Shown here in pieces: positions 29,076 to 51,421 of a stretch of DNA of 64,000 nucleotides. The position numbers and the translations under genes are program-made. The notes beneath the pieces are model-generated. The model did not search any database and was not told where the DNA came from. It worked only from the letters and a program-made list of their open reading frames with translations. Numbering within the stretch: position 1 is the stretch's first letter; each line of letters begins with the position of its first letter. Source of the stretch: an uncultured Gammaproteobacteria bacterium (GTDB taxonomy: Bacteria; Pseudomonadota; Gammaproteobacteria; Xanthomonadales; Ahniellaceae); contig CAZTNB010000001.1 in the NCBI GenBank assembly GCA_964614825.1, forward strand, positions 338-64,337, read 5' to 3'.

Positions 29076-29894
29076 ATGGGACTGATCGAGACCGGCGAGC
29101 GCATCGCGCGCAACGCCTGGCGGGTGCCCGTGCTGGGCCGCATCCTCGCCTGGGACTACGCGCGCAGCTTCGCCCGCATGCCGCCCAACCGCTTCCGCGG
29201 CGTGTACGCCAGCTTCGCCGAAGCCGAGCGCGCCATTCCCGCCGGCGCGCGCGTGGGCTACGACCACGTCGAGCTCGGCGGCATGTACCGCCTGCGGATG
29301 GAGAAGGCCTGCCAGAGCGACTATGCCGTGCTCTTCTGGCTGCGCCAGCTGGTCGACGCCGACACGCGGCTGTTCGATTTCGGCGGCCACGTCGGGGTGA
29401 GCTACCACGGCTGGAAGCGCTACCTCGGCTATCCGCCGGGCCTGCGCTGGCGGGTCCATGACGTGCCGGCGATCGTGGCCGAGGGCCGCGCGCTGGCGCG
29501 CGAGCGCGACAGCGCCGGACTGGAGTTCACCGACCGGCTGGAGGACGGCCGCGACTGCAACGTGCTGCTCGCCGCCGGCGCCCTCCAGTACGTGGACTTC
29601 GGCGTCGCCGAGCTGCTCGAGCGCATGGGCACGCGGCCACGGCACCTGCTGGTCAACAAGATGCCGCTGTACGAGGGCGAGACCTTCGTCACCGTGCAAT
29701 CGACCGGGCGCGCGTTCCATCCCTACCGCATTCTCAATCGCGACGAGTTCGTGCGCGGCGTCATCGCGCTGGGCTACCGCGTGGTCGACGACTGGAGCAA
29801 CCGCGAGCAGTACTGCCGCATCCCCTTCACCCGCGGGCGCGACATCGACGCCTACAGCGGCTACTACTTCGTGCGCGAGGACGCGCCGCGCTGA
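29076..29894 (+). CDS. Putative methyltransferase (resembles the LIC12133-type family seen in O-antigen loci); function is low confidence
   Basis: 272 aa: FRGVYASFAEAERAIP...LFDFGGHVGVSYH...LLAAGALQYV. Coding-like composition. Family assignment is from memory only. Confidence 0.6.
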   Translation: MGLIETGERIARNAWRVPVLGRILAWDYARSFARMPPNRFRGVYASFAEAERAIPAGARVGYDHVELGGMYRLRMEKACQSDYAVLFWLRQLVDADTRLFDFGGHVGVSYHGWKRYLGYPPGLRWRVHDVPAIVAEGRALARERDSAGLEFTDRLEDGRDCNVLLAAGALQYVDFGVAELLERMGTRPRHLLVNKMPLYEGETFVTVQSTGRAFHPYRILNRDEFVRGVIALGYRVVDDWSNREQYCRIPFTRGRDIDAYSGYYFVREDAPR

Positions 29895-29903
29895 GCGGTC
29901 CGC

Positions 29904-42655
<12,752 letters not shown>

Positions 42656-42659
<4 letters not shown>

Positions 42660-43465
42660 GGATTGAGCTCCTCGATCCGCCCCAGGATCGCCACGATCGC
42701 ATCCATCGGCACCACCGCCGCGTTGAGCGCGGCATCCGAATCCCAGGCGCCGCTGTCGGGCAGGTCGATCCAGCGCTGCGCCGGCCCGCCGGAAAGCTGC
42801 GCGCGCAGACGATCGAGCGGCGCCGAGGGCCGCACCGCCAGCACGGACAACTGCTCCGATTGCGGCAGTTCCCGCGCCAGGTCGACCCCCGCCATCGCCT
42901 GCGCCAGTGCCGGCGCGATCTCGCTGCCCAACGCTTCCGCCGGGATGCCCTGGCCGTCCACCGCCAGGCGATCGCGCCAGCCGGCGGCGCCCATTTCCTC
43001 CCGCAGGTAGGCGCGGTGCGCCTGCGCGAGGTCGCGCAGGTACTGCAGGCCGTCGACCACCGGATCCCACAGGACCAGGTGCCGCACGCGCAAGCCGCGG
43101 CGAGTGGTCGCGAGTGCCGCCAGGGTGGCGCCGAAGCGCAGACCGACCAGGACCAGGCGATCGACGCCCGATTCGCGGCGCAGCTCGGCCGCGGCGGCGA
43201 CGATGTCGTCGAGCCAGTCGTCGACGCCGAATTCGGCGTCGTCGCCGCCCGAATCGCCGGTGCCCGCGTAGTCGAAGCGCAAGGCCGTGTAGCCGGCCTG
43301 CTCCAGCCTGCCGGCCAGCACCCGATAGGTGCGGTGGGCGCGCGCGGCTTCCTCGCCGAAGGGATTGCACAGCAGCACGGCCGCGCTGCGCGCGCGCAGG
43401 CGTGCCGACTGGTGCAGGCCGGCGAGCAGCATGCGCCCGTTTGCCCCGAAGTAACGGATCGTCAT
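42656..43465 (-). CDS. Alpha/beta-hydrolase-fold protein lacking the canonical nucleophile (resembles exosortase-A-system-associated hydrolase-type proteins)
   Basis: ORF 42656..43888, trimmed to ATG at 43465 (MTIRYFGANGRMLLAGL...). Nucleophile-elbow position reads LVLVGLRFGATLA (G-L-R-F-G). No His in the last ~110 aa. 269 aa. Confidence 0.75.
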
Positions 43466-43526
43466 CGCGAAGGACCCTAGGCTATAGTCCGCCGCCACGG
43501 CTTGGCAATGCAGGGCGCGATCCCCC

Positions 43527-44453
43527 ATGGCGGCTGCGCGCGAGGCGATCCACGAGCGGGTGTTGCGCCTGGGCGACGACGGCCACCTGGTCGCGATCGC
43601 CACCGATCCGCCGGCCACGGGCGCGACGCCGACGGCGATCCTGCTCAACGCCGGCGTGCTGCACCGCGTCGGTCCCCACCGCCTGCACGTGCGGCTCGCC
43701 CGCAACCTGGCCGCGAACGGCATTCCGGCGGTCCGTATCGACCTCTCGGGCATCGGCGACAGCAGGCCGCTGCCCAGTGGCCTTGGCTTCCGCGCCAGCT
43801 CGGTTGCCGACGTGCGCGCCGCGATGGACCAGCTCGGCGGCACCACGGGCCGCTTCGTGCTGTTCGGCGTCTGTTCGGGCGCCGACAACGCGCTCGCCGC
43901 GGCCGAGGTCGATCCGCGCGTGGCCGGCCTGGTGCTGGTGGACCCGCCCGCGTATGCGACCGCCGCGTCGCGCTGGCGCCGGCACCGCGCAAGCGCGCGC
44001 GACCCGGCCTACCTGCTCGGGCTGCCACGCCGCATCGTCGCGGCCCTGGCACGGCGCGCGCGGCGCCTGTGGTCGACGACGGGCGCGTCGAAGGCCGGCC
44101 AGGAGCCGGCACCAGGGCGCAAGTCGCCGCCACTGCCGGACTTCAGGCGGCAGATGGAGGCCTTGCTCGGGCGCGGGGTGCGCATCCTCGCGATCTACTC
44201 CGGCGCGTTGGGCGATCGCTGCAACGGCCGCGACCAGTTGTTCGAGGCGTTGCCGGAATTGCGCGGCCGCATCGAACTGGAGTGGTTCGCGGATGCCAAC
44301 CACACGTTCACCGAGCGCTCGGCCCAGGCGGCGTTGCTCGACGTGGTGCTGGCCTGGTTCGAGCGCCATTTCAGCCCGTTCCCGCGCGCCACCGGCGCGG
44401 AGGCGCAGGTCGATGCAGAAGGACAACGCGAAAAGCGGCGCGGAACCGCCTAG
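43527..44453 (+). CDS. Alpha/beta hydrolase with a Cys at the nucleophile elbow
   Basis: 308 aa: AILLNAGVLHRVGPHRLHVRLARNLAANGIPAVRIDLSGIGDS. Elbow RFVLFGVCSGADNA (G-V-C-S-G). C-terminal ADANHTF is a candidate catalytic His. Divergent from the previous gene across a 61-bp spacer. Confidence 0.78.
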   Translation: MAAAREAIHERVLRLGDDGHLVAIATDPPATGATPTAILLNAGVLHRVGPHRLHVRLARNLAANGIPAVRIDLSGIGDSRPLPSGLGFRASSVADVRAAMDQLGGTTGRFVLFGVCSGADNALAAAEVDPRVAGLVLVDPPAYATAASRWRRHRASARDPAYLLGLPRRIVAALARRARRLWSTTGASKAGQEPAPGRKSPPLPDFRRQMEALLGRGVRILAIYSGALGDRCNGRDQLFEALPELRGRIELEWFADANHTFTERSAQAALLDVVLAWFERHFSPFPRATGAEAQVDAEGQREKRRGTA

Positions 44454-45211
44454 GCCGCTGCCTCGGCGACGAACCTGGCGCCGTCCCAGGCGACCCATCG
44501 TGTCGGCACCGGCGATGGCAGTCCGCCTGCGAGGGGCAGGCACAGCGCCCCCACATGGCCGGGCCCCACCGGCAACCACTCGAACCGCCAGCGACCCGCC
44601 GGGCCGTCGGCCTGGTCGCTCTCGACCAGGCGCGGACGTTCATCCGTGCCCTCGAGGTCGAAGCCGCAGCGGTCTGGCGCCCGCTCCAGGCCGACGCCGA
44701 TGGCCTTGAGGTAGGCCTCCTTGAGGGTCCAGAGCCGGGCGAAGCGGTGCGGCCGGCGCGCGGCGGGCAGGTCCAGGTACGCCGCCCGTTCGCGCGGCGA
44801 CAGGCAGGTCTGCACCAGTTCCGCCGCGACCTCGGTCCGCACCGGCTCCACGTCGACCCCGGGCCAGCCCTCGGCCGAGACCGCGCAGGCCACCAGGCCG
44901 GTGGTGTTCGCCACGCTGAAGCGCAGGGCCCGGGCGGCAGGTGGCGCCACGACCTCGGGGCGGCGGTGCCCGGCACGGGCGAACTCCAGCCGCGCCGGGT
45001 CAACCGCCGCATCGCCGGTAGCCCAGGCGAGCGCGAGGCGCTGCAGGGCGCGCGAGGCGGTCGCCAACTCGCGATCGCGGGCCTGGCGGAAGCGGCCGGC
45101 ATGGGCCAGGTCGGCGGCGTCGAGCAGGCCGGGGGCGTCCTGGCTGGCCACGGCCGCGGCCAGCCGCTCCGGCCGCGCCAGGTACACGCAAGGCAAGCGC
45201 GGCGCGGCCAT
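44450..45211 (-). CDS. Sfp-type 4'-phosphopantetheinyl transferase
   Basis: ORF 44450..46237, trimmed to ATG at 45211 (MAAPRLPCVYLARPE...). Motifs GVDVEPV and WTLKEAYLKAIG. 253 aa. Confidence 0.85.
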   Translation of the reverse strand: MAAPRLPCVYLARPERLAAAVASQDAPGLLDAADLAHAGRFRQARDRELATASRALQRLALAWATGDAAVDPARLEFARAGHRRPEVVAPPAARALRFSVANTTGLVACAVSAEGWPGVDVEPVRTEVAAELVQTCLSPRERAAYLDLPAARRPHRFARLWTLKEAYLKAIGVGLERAPDRCGFDLEGTDERPRLVESDQADGPAGRWRFEWLPVGPGHVGALCLPLAGGLPSPVPTRWVAWDGARFVAEAAA

Positions 45212-45496
45212 GGCGGGATGATAACGGCGCGCGGCCGACCGATCGCCGGCTGCATCTGGTAAATTTTGGGGTTGGGGGCTGCGCGGAGGGATTGCGCGCG
45301 GACCGGCGGCGGCACCGCTCGTGCCTGTCGTCGCAGTCCCCCGGGCCGGCCGCGTGCCGGGACCGGCGGGCACATCGCCTGGAGCGCGAGACGTGAGTTG
45401 CCAGTTGCACCCGAGGGGGCCATCGCCGTGCCGGCCGGCGCGCATGAGAGCTTGCGCGCCCCCTGCGCGGCGCCGGTGGCCGGCCGGGTCATCGCC

Positions 45497-46261
45497 ATGA
45501 ATGCCGGGTCCGGCGACGAACTGGTCAGCGTGGTGATGCCGGTCTACAACGCCGCGGCCTACCTCGCCGGTTCCATCGCCAGCGTGCGCGCGCAGACCTG
45601 GCCGCACTGGGAACTGCTGGCGGTGGACGACGGCTCGCGCGACGGCTCGCTGGAGCTGCTGCGCGAGCTGGCCGCGAACGACCCGCGCGTGCGTCCGCTG
45701 CCGCAGGCGCGCAACGCCGGCGTGGCGGCGGCGCGCAATGCCGGCATCGAAGCGGCGCGCGGCCGCTGGATCGCGTTCCTCGACAGCGACGACGCCTGGG
45801 AGCCGCGCAAGCTGGAGCTGCAGGTGGCGGACATGCGCGCGCGCGACCTGGCGATCAGCTACACCGCCTACCGGCGCATCGCCGAGGACGGCCGCCTGCT
45901 GTCCGAGGTGCGGCCGCCGGAGCGGGTCGACTACGCCGACATGCTGCGCAGCAACCACATCGGCAACCTCACCGGCATGTACGACCGCCGCCTGGGCGAC
46001 GTGCGCTTCCGCAAGGTCGGCCACGAGGACTACGTGTTCTGGCTCGAGCTGGTGCGCCGCGCCGGCGCCGCCGCCCGCGTCCCGCACGCGGAGCCGCTGG
46101 CGCGCTACCTGGTGCGCGGCGGCTCGGTCTCGGCCAACAAGCTGCGCGCGGCGCGCTGGCAGTGGCGCATCTACCGCGACATCGAGGGCATCGGCTGGCT
46201 GCGCTCGGCGCGCCTGATGCTGCACTACGGCTGGCACGCGCTGCGGAAGCGCGCCGGATGA
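45497..46261 (+). CDS. Glycosyltransferase family 2
   Basis: ORF 45266..46261, trimmed to ATG at 45497. VSVVMPVYNAAAYLAGSIASVRAQTWPHWELLAVDDGSRDGS...ARNAGIEAARGRWIAFLDSDDAW. Confidence 0.9.
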   Translation: MNAGSGDELVSVVMPVYNAAAYLAGSIASVRAQTWPHWELLAVDDGSRDGSLELLRELAANDPRVRPLPQARNAGVAAARNAGIEAARGRWIAFLDSDDAWEPRKLELQVADMRARDLAISYTAYRRIAEDGRLLSEVRPPERVDYADMLRSNHIGNLTGMYDRRLGDVRFRKVGHEDYVFWLELVRRAGAAARVPHAEPLARYLVRGGSVSANKLRAARWQWRIYRDIEGIGWLRSARLMLHYGWHALRKRAG

Positions 46262-47340
46262 GCGCCGCGGTCGCCGACGGCAAGATCCCCTCGCTCGACG
46301 GGCTGCGCGCGATCTCCATCGCGCTGGTCGTGATCGGCCACCTGCACGCCACCCGCGGCTTTCCCGAACTCGGCCTCGAACACATCCTGGGCGACTACGG
46401 CCTGCTCGGCGTGCGCGTGTTCTTCGTCATCTCGGGCTTCCTCATCACCACGCTGCTGCTGCGCGAGCTTGAGCAGTGCGGCCGCATCTCGCTGCGCGCG
46501 TTCTACGCGCGCCGCGCGTTGCGCATCTTCCCGGCCGCCTTCGCGTTCATCGGCGCCATGGCGCTTGCCGACTGGATCGGCTGGATCGACCTGCGCCGCG
46601 TGGACCTCGTCACGGCCGTCACCTACACCGTGAACTACCTGCCCGAGCCGGCGTGGGACATCGGCCACCTGTGGTCGCTGTCGGTCGAGGAGCAGTTCTA
46701 CCTGCTGTGGCCGCTGGCGCTGGCGCGCCTGGGCGCGCGCCGCGGCGCCTGGCTGGCGGCGGCATTCTTCATCGCCGCGCCGCTGGTGCGCACCGCGATG
46801 CGCCTTGGCTTCAGCGACAGCGCGCTGGAGGACCTGCCGATCTTCCCGGCCGTGTGCGACGGCATCGCGATCGGCTGCCTGTTCGCGATCGGGCGCGCCT
46901 GGCTGCTGCGGCAGGCGGCCTACGTGCACTTCACCGGTTCGGCCTGGATGCTGGCGCTGGTGCCGCTGATCTTCGTCATCCACCACCTGAGCTCGGGCTA
47001 CACCCTGGCGGACCTGCTCGGCCATCCGGTGATGCTGCTGGCGATCGCCACCATCGTCGAGGCCAGCACCCGCTGGCGCCAGGACCAGCTCGCCGCCCGG
47101 GTGCTGAACTGGCCGCCGCTGGTCTGGCTGGGCGTGCTGAGCTATTCGCTGTACCTGTGGCAGCAACCCTTCCTGGACCACCACACGCGCGCGCTGTACG
47201 CCTCGTTCCCGCTCAACCTGGCCCTGGCGCTGGCGCTGGCGATGCTGTCGTACTACACGCTGGAGCGCCCCTTGCTGCGCCTGCGCCAGCGCTACTCGCG
47301 GGTACGCCCGCAGCCGATGCCCGATGCCGGGGTCGTCTAA
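46258..47340 (+). CDS. Acyltransferase family 3 (OafA/YrhL-like O-acyltransferase), integral membrane
   Basis: ORF 46162..47340, trimmed to ATG at 46258 (ATGA overlap). IPSLDGLRAISIALVVIGHL...GVRVFFVISGFLIT...RRALRIFPA...WSLSVEEQFYLLWP. Confidence 0.9.
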   Translation: MSAAVADGKIPSLDGLRAISIALVVIGHLHATRGFPELGLEHILGDYGLLGVRVFFVISGFLITTLLLRELEQCGRISLRAFYARRALRIFPAAFAFIGAMALADWIGWIDLRRVDLVTAVTYTVNYLPEPAWDIGHLWSLSVEEQFYLLWPLALARLGARRGAWLAAAFFIAAPLVRTAMRLGFSDSALEDLPIFPAVCDGIAIGCLFAIGRAWLLRQAAYVHFTGSAWMLALVPLIFVIHHLSSGYTLADLLGHPVMLLAIATIVEASTRWRQDQLAARVLNWPPLVWLGVLSYSLYLWQQPFLDHHTRALYASFPLNLALALALAMLSYYTLERPLLRLRQRYSRVRPQPMPDAGVV

Positions 47341-47529
47341 GGCGCGTCCACCGATGCAGCGATCTGGTAGCTTTGCCGCTGGGGAATCCGCGGTCGGGCC
47401 CGCGGGGGCGACCGCCACCCGGCCCGCGGGCCGGAACATCGACGTCCACGACCGGCGCGGGGGCTTGCGCGCGGGTCGCGTGCGGCGTCGTCCACCCGGC
47501 CCGGATCCGGCGCAGTCGAAGGCACACGC

Positions 47530-48135
47530 ATGAACCTCAGGCGATTCCTGCAGAAGGCCGCGCGGCGCTCGTGGATGAAATACGCCATGCGCGGCGTGGG
47601 CGGCGCCGACAACTACGAGCGCCTCGACCTCGCCTACCAGGTGGCGGATCCCTGGCACATGGACTCGCCCGGCGAGCAGGCCCGCTTCGAGGGCACCAAT
47701 CGCCTGATCGAGCGCCATGTCGGCCGGGTCGGCTCGGTGCTGGAGCTGGGCTGCGGCGAGGGCCACCAGACCGAGTTCCTGGCGCGCTTGTGCGACCAGG
47801 TCCACGGCGTCGACGTCAGCCCCAAGGCGATCGAGCGCGCGCACAAGCGCCTGCCAAAGGCGCAGTTCGCCGCCACCGACATCTTCGGCCAGCCCTGGGG
47901 CGACGCGCCCGGCCGCTTCGACCTGGTGACCGCCTGCGAGGTGCTCTACTACGTCAAGGACATCGACGCCACGATCGCGCGCATGTCGCTGCTGGGCCGG
48001 CACTGCTTCGTGACCTTCTTCGCGCCGGCGCTGCGCCGCGTGGGGCCGCACCTCGACGCGATCCCCGGCCTGCGCAAGGACTGGATCGGCTACGGCAGCA
48101 CCGTGTGGCTGGCCTGCTGGTGGTCGCATGACTGA
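47530..48135 (+). CDS. SAM-dependent methyltransferase (NodS-like)
   Basis: 201 aa: DPWHMDSPGEQARFEGTNRLI...VLELGCGEGHQTEFLARLCDQVHGVDVSPKAIERA...FDLVTACEVLYYV. Confidence 0.85.
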   Translation: MNLRRFLQKAARRSWMKYAMRGVGGADNYERLDLAYQVADPWHMDSPGEQARFEGTNRLIERHVGRVGSVLELGCGEGHQTEFLARLCDQVHGVDVSPKAIERAHKRLPKAQFAATDIFGQPWGDAPGRFDLVTACEVLYYVKDIDATIARMSLLGRHCFVTFFAPALRRVGPHLDAIPGLRKDWIGYGSTVWLACWWSHD

Positions 48136-49324
48136 GGGCGACGCGGCGCTGCGCGACTGCGGCGTCATCTACTTCGGCAACGACTGGCAGGCCGAGAACC
48201 GCACCAGCAGCCACCACGTGGCCGCGCGCCTGGCGCGGCACCTGCCGGTGCTGTACGTGGACTCGCCGGGCCTGCGCGCGCCCAGTGCCAGCGGCCGCGA
48301 CTTCAGGCGCGCGCTGCGCAAGCTCGGCGCCGCGCTGCGCCGGCCACGCGAGGTCGCGCCCGGCCTGTGGCACTGCACGGTGCCGCAACTGCCGTTCCGC
48401 CGCGTGCCCGGCGTCGAAGCGCTCAACCGCTGGTTCGGCCGCTGGGCCGTGCGGCGGGCGCGCCGCGCGCTGCCGGCTCGACGCCTGGTCTCCTGGTTCG
48501 TGGTGCCGCACCCGGGCTTCCTGGCCGGGCGCCTGGGCGAGGCCCTGTGCGTGTACTACTGCATCGACGACTACGCTGCCCATCCGGGCGTGGATGCCGA
48601 GCTGATCGGACGCCGCGACGAGGCGCTGAGCCGTCGCGCCGACCTCCTGTTCGTGGCGCCGCCGGCGCTGCTCGAGGCCAAGCGTGCGCTCAATCCGAAC
48701 ACCGTGTACGCGCCGCACGGGGTCGACGTCGAGCTGTTCGGGCGCGCCGCCGATCCGGCGACCGCGATCGCCCCCGGCGCCGCCGGGCTCGCCCATCCGG
48801 TCATCGGCTACATCGGTTCCCTGCACGCCTGGATCGACCTCGAACTGATCGAGTGGCTGGCGCGGCAGCGGCCGGCATGGTCGTTCCTGTGCGTGGGCCA
48901 TGCCGCGGCCGACGTGTCCGCGCTCGCGGCACTGCCCAACGTGCGCCTCGCCGGGCCGCAGCCCTACGCGCAGCTGCCGCACTGGGCCCGCGCCTTCGAT
49001 CTCGCCATCATCCCCTACCGCCTCAACCGCCAGGTCGCCAACGCCAATCCGCTCAAGCTGCGCGAGTACCTGGCCACCGGCAAGCCGGTGGTCAGCGTGC
49101 GCAACGCCGAGATCGAGAAGTTCGCGCGCTGGGTCCGCATCGCCGACGGCCGCGAGCAGTTCCTCGCCGCGATCGAGGGCGCGCTGGCCGAGGATTCGCC
49201 GGTGGCCGCCGCCGAGCGCCGCGCCGCCGTGGCCGACCAGACCTGGGAGCGGCGCGTCGACGACGTGCTGGCGCGGGTGCGGGCGGCGCTGACACCGACC
49301 CCTGCCACTGCACGGAACGCCTGA
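48128..49324 (+). CDS. GT-B-fold glycosyltransferase (GT1/GT4-like, TuaH-like)
   Basis: 398 aa: VIYFGNDWQAENRTSSHHVA...VIGYIGSLHAWIDLELI...NPLKLREYLATGKPVVS. Its start overlaps the upstream stop by 8 nt (ATGACTGA). Confidence 0.8.
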   Translation: MTEGDAALRDCGVIYFGNDWQAENRTSSHHVAARLARHLPVLYVDSPGLRAPSASGRDFRRALRKLGAALRRPREVAPGLWHCTVPQLPFRRVPGVEALNRWFGRWAVRRARRALPARRLVSWFVVPHPGFLAGRLGEALCVYYCIDDYAAHPGVDAELIGRRDEALSRRADLLFVAPPALLEAKRALNPNTVYAPHGVDVELFGRAADPATAIAPGAAGLAHPVIGYIGSLHAWIDLELIEWLARQRPAWSFLCVGHAAADVSALAALPNVRLAGPQPYAQLPHWARAFDLAIIPYRLNRQVANANPLKLREYLATGKPVVSVRNAEIEKFARWVRIADGREQFLAAIEGALAEDSPVAAAERRAAVADQTWERRVDDVLARVRAALTPTPATARNA

Positions 49325-49328
49325 AGGA

Positions 49329-51407
49329 ATGTCCATGGAGTCCAAACCCGGCGGCAAGCTGCGCGTCGCCATCGTCGGCGCGGGCTACGTCGCCCGCCAC
49401 CACCTCGCGGCGCTGCGACGGCTCGATTTCATCGAGGTCGTGGCGATCTGCGACCTCGATCGGGAAGCGGCGCGCAAGCTGGCGGCCGAGCACGGCGTCG
49501 GCGCCAGCGGCGCCGGCCTGGCCGACGTGGCCGCCACCCGCCCGCAACTGGTCTACGTGCTGACGCCACCGGCCAGCCACGCGCCGATCGCGCTCGAGGC
49601 GCTGGACCTCGGCTGCCACGTGCTGGTCGAGAAGCCGATGGCCGAGACCGTGGCCGAGTGCGACGCGATGATCGCCAGGGCGCGCGAGAAGGGCCTCGCG
49701 CTCTCGGTCAACCATTCCGACCGCTTCGACCCGGTGGTGCTGGAAGCGCTGCGCATCGCGCGCTCGGGCCGCATCGGCGAGCTGGTTTCGGTCGAACTGC
49801 TGCGCGGCTCGGAGTATCCGCCCTACGGCGGCGGGCCGCTGCCGGCGCAGGTGCGGCAGGGCTCGTATCCGTTCCGCGACCTCGGCGTGCATGCGATCTA
49901 CACGATCGAGGCCTTCCTCGGTCCCATCGCCGGCCTGCAGGTCGAGTTCCGCGGCAGCGGGCGCGATCCCAACCTGCGCTACGACGAGTGGCGCCTGCAG
50001 GCGGCCTGCGAACCCGGCGACGCGCGCGCGCTCCTGTCGTGGAACGCGCGGCCGATGGAGAACCGCATCGTGGTGCGCGGCACCCGCGGCATGGTCGAGG
50101 CCGACCGTTTCCTGCAGATCTGCCGCGTGCACCGCGTGCTGCCGGGCCCGAAGTTCATCGGCATCCTGGTCGAGGCCTGGCGCAACGCGCTGCTCGACGT
50201 GTTCCGCGTGCCGTGGAGCGTGCTGCGCTTCGCCACCGGCCTGCTCAAGCCTTCGCCCGGGATCCAGGCCAGCGCCGCGGCCTTCGCCGGCGCGGTCCAT
50301 GCCGGCAACCAGCCGCCGGTGCCGCCCGAGGAAGGGCGTCGCGCGGTGGCGCTGCTGGAACCGGCCTGCGCGCCGGCCGATGCGCAGCGCAGCGCGGAAC
50401 TCGACGCGCGCTTCGCGCCGCTGGCGCCGGTCGACGCGCTGGTGACCGGCGCCGCCGGCTTCCTCGGCCGCGCGCTGGTGGCGGCCCTGCGCGCCCGCGG
50501 CCAGCGCGTGCGCGTGTTGCTGCGCAAGCCCGACGCCGCGCTGGCGCGCGACCCGGAGATCCAGGTCGTTTGCGGCGACCTCGGCGAACCCGCGATCGTC
50601 GACCATGCGGTGGCCGGCGCCGCGATCGTCTACCACGTCGGCGCGGCGATGCGCGGCGGACCCAAGGCCTTCGAGGCCGGCACGGTCTGGGGCACCCGCA
50701 ACGTGGTCGAGTCCTGCCGGCGCCACGGCGCGCGGCGGCTGGTCTACGTCAGTTCGATGAGCGTGTACGACCACGCCGGCCGCGATCCCGCACAGGCGAT
50801 GAACGAAGCCTCGGCGCTGGAGCCGCATCCGCAGCTTCGCGGCGCCTACACCCAGACCAAGCTCGTCGCCGAGGGCCTGGTCCGCGACGCCATCCGCGAG
50901 CACGGCCTGCCCGCGGTGGTCATCCGCCCGGGCCAGATCTTCGGCCCCGGCGCCGAGCGCACCACGCCCAACGGCGTGGTCGGCATCGCCGGGCGCTGGT
51001 TCGCGATCGGCGACGGCGAGATGACCCTGCCGCTGGTGTATCGCGACGACGTGGTCGACGCGCTGCTGCGCGCCGCCGAGGCGCCCGAGGCGGTCGGTGG
51101 CGTATTCAACGTGGTCGACGTCGAGCCCTGCACGCGAACCGAGTACCTGCAGCGCGCGAAGCGCCACCTCGGCGCCGAATTGCGCCTGGTGCGCATGCCG
51201 CTGCGGCTGTTCATGGCGCTGGCCTGGGGCGTGGAGCAACTGGGCCGCGTGCTCAAGCGCGACGTGCCCTTGACGCGCTATCGCGTGCGTTCGCTGCGCC
51301 CACTGGGCAACTTCGACCAGGCCGCCGCGCGCACGCGCCTGGGCTGGCAACCCCGCGTGGGCCTGCGCCGCGGACTCGACGCCACCTTCGGCCAGGCCGC
51401 GGACTGA
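49329..51407 (+). CDS. Fusion protein: N-terminal Gfo/Idh/MocA oxidoreductase plus C-terminal extended-SDR NAD-dependent epimerase/dehydratase
   Basis: N-terminus: LRVAIVGAGYVARHHLAAL...HVLVEKPMA. C-terminus: ALVTGAAGFLGRALVAAL...YVSSMSVY...YTQTKLVAE (YxxxK). 692 aa. The second ATG at 49335 has better SD spacing (AAGGAA-N5). Confidence 0.85.
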   Translation: MSMESKPGGKLRVAIVGAGYVARHHLAALRRLDFIEVVAICDLDREAARKLAAEHGVGASGAGLADVAATRPQLVYVLTPPASHAPIALEALDLGCHVLVEKPMAETVAECDAMIARAREKGLALSVNHSDRFDPVVLEALRIARSGRIGELVSVELLRGSEYPPYGGGPLPAQVRQGSYPFRDLGVHAIYTIEAFLGPIAGLQVEFRGSGRDPNLRYDEWRLQAACEPGDARALLSWNARPMENRIVVRGTRGMVEADRFLQICRVHRVLPGPKFIGILVEAWRNALLDVFRVPWSVLRFATGLLKPSPGIQASAAAFAGAVHAGNQPPVPPEEGRRAVALLEPACAPADAQRSAELDARFAPLAPVDALVTGAAGFLGRALVAALRARGQRVRVLLRKPDAALARDPEIQVVCGDLGEPAIVDHAVAGAAIVYHVGAAMRGGPKAFEAGTVWGTRNVVESCRRHGARRLVYVSSMSVYDHAGRDPAQAMNEASALEPHPQLRGAYTQTKLVAEGLVRDAIREHGLPAVVIRPGQIFGPGAERTTPNGVVGIAGRWFAIGDGEMTLPLVYRDDVVDALLRAAEAPEAVGGVFNVVDVEPCTRTEYLQRAKRHLGAELRLVRMPLRLFMALAWGVEQLGRVLKRDVPLTRYRVRSLRPLGNFDQAAARTRLGWQPRVGLRRGLDATFGQAAD

Positions 51408-51421
51408 GCGCGGGCCGCGGC

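Noticed and set aside
42660-43370. N-terminal 237-aa extension of the megasynthase ORF. Similar long 5' extensions occur on ORFs 3614..7414, 19140..21500, 20252..22879, 21607..24546, 44450..46237 and others.
   Set aside because: The extensions overlap the upstream gene in another frame and are low-complexity. Motif-bearing sequence begins at internal ATG/GTG codons that coincide with 4-nt stop/start overlaps or good SD sites.
43503-43516. Sigma-54-like TGGCA-N5-GGGC motif in the 61-bp spacer between the divergent hydrolase genes.
   Set aside because: The -12 element (consensus TTGC) is not matched. The single TGGCA pentamer is insufficient.
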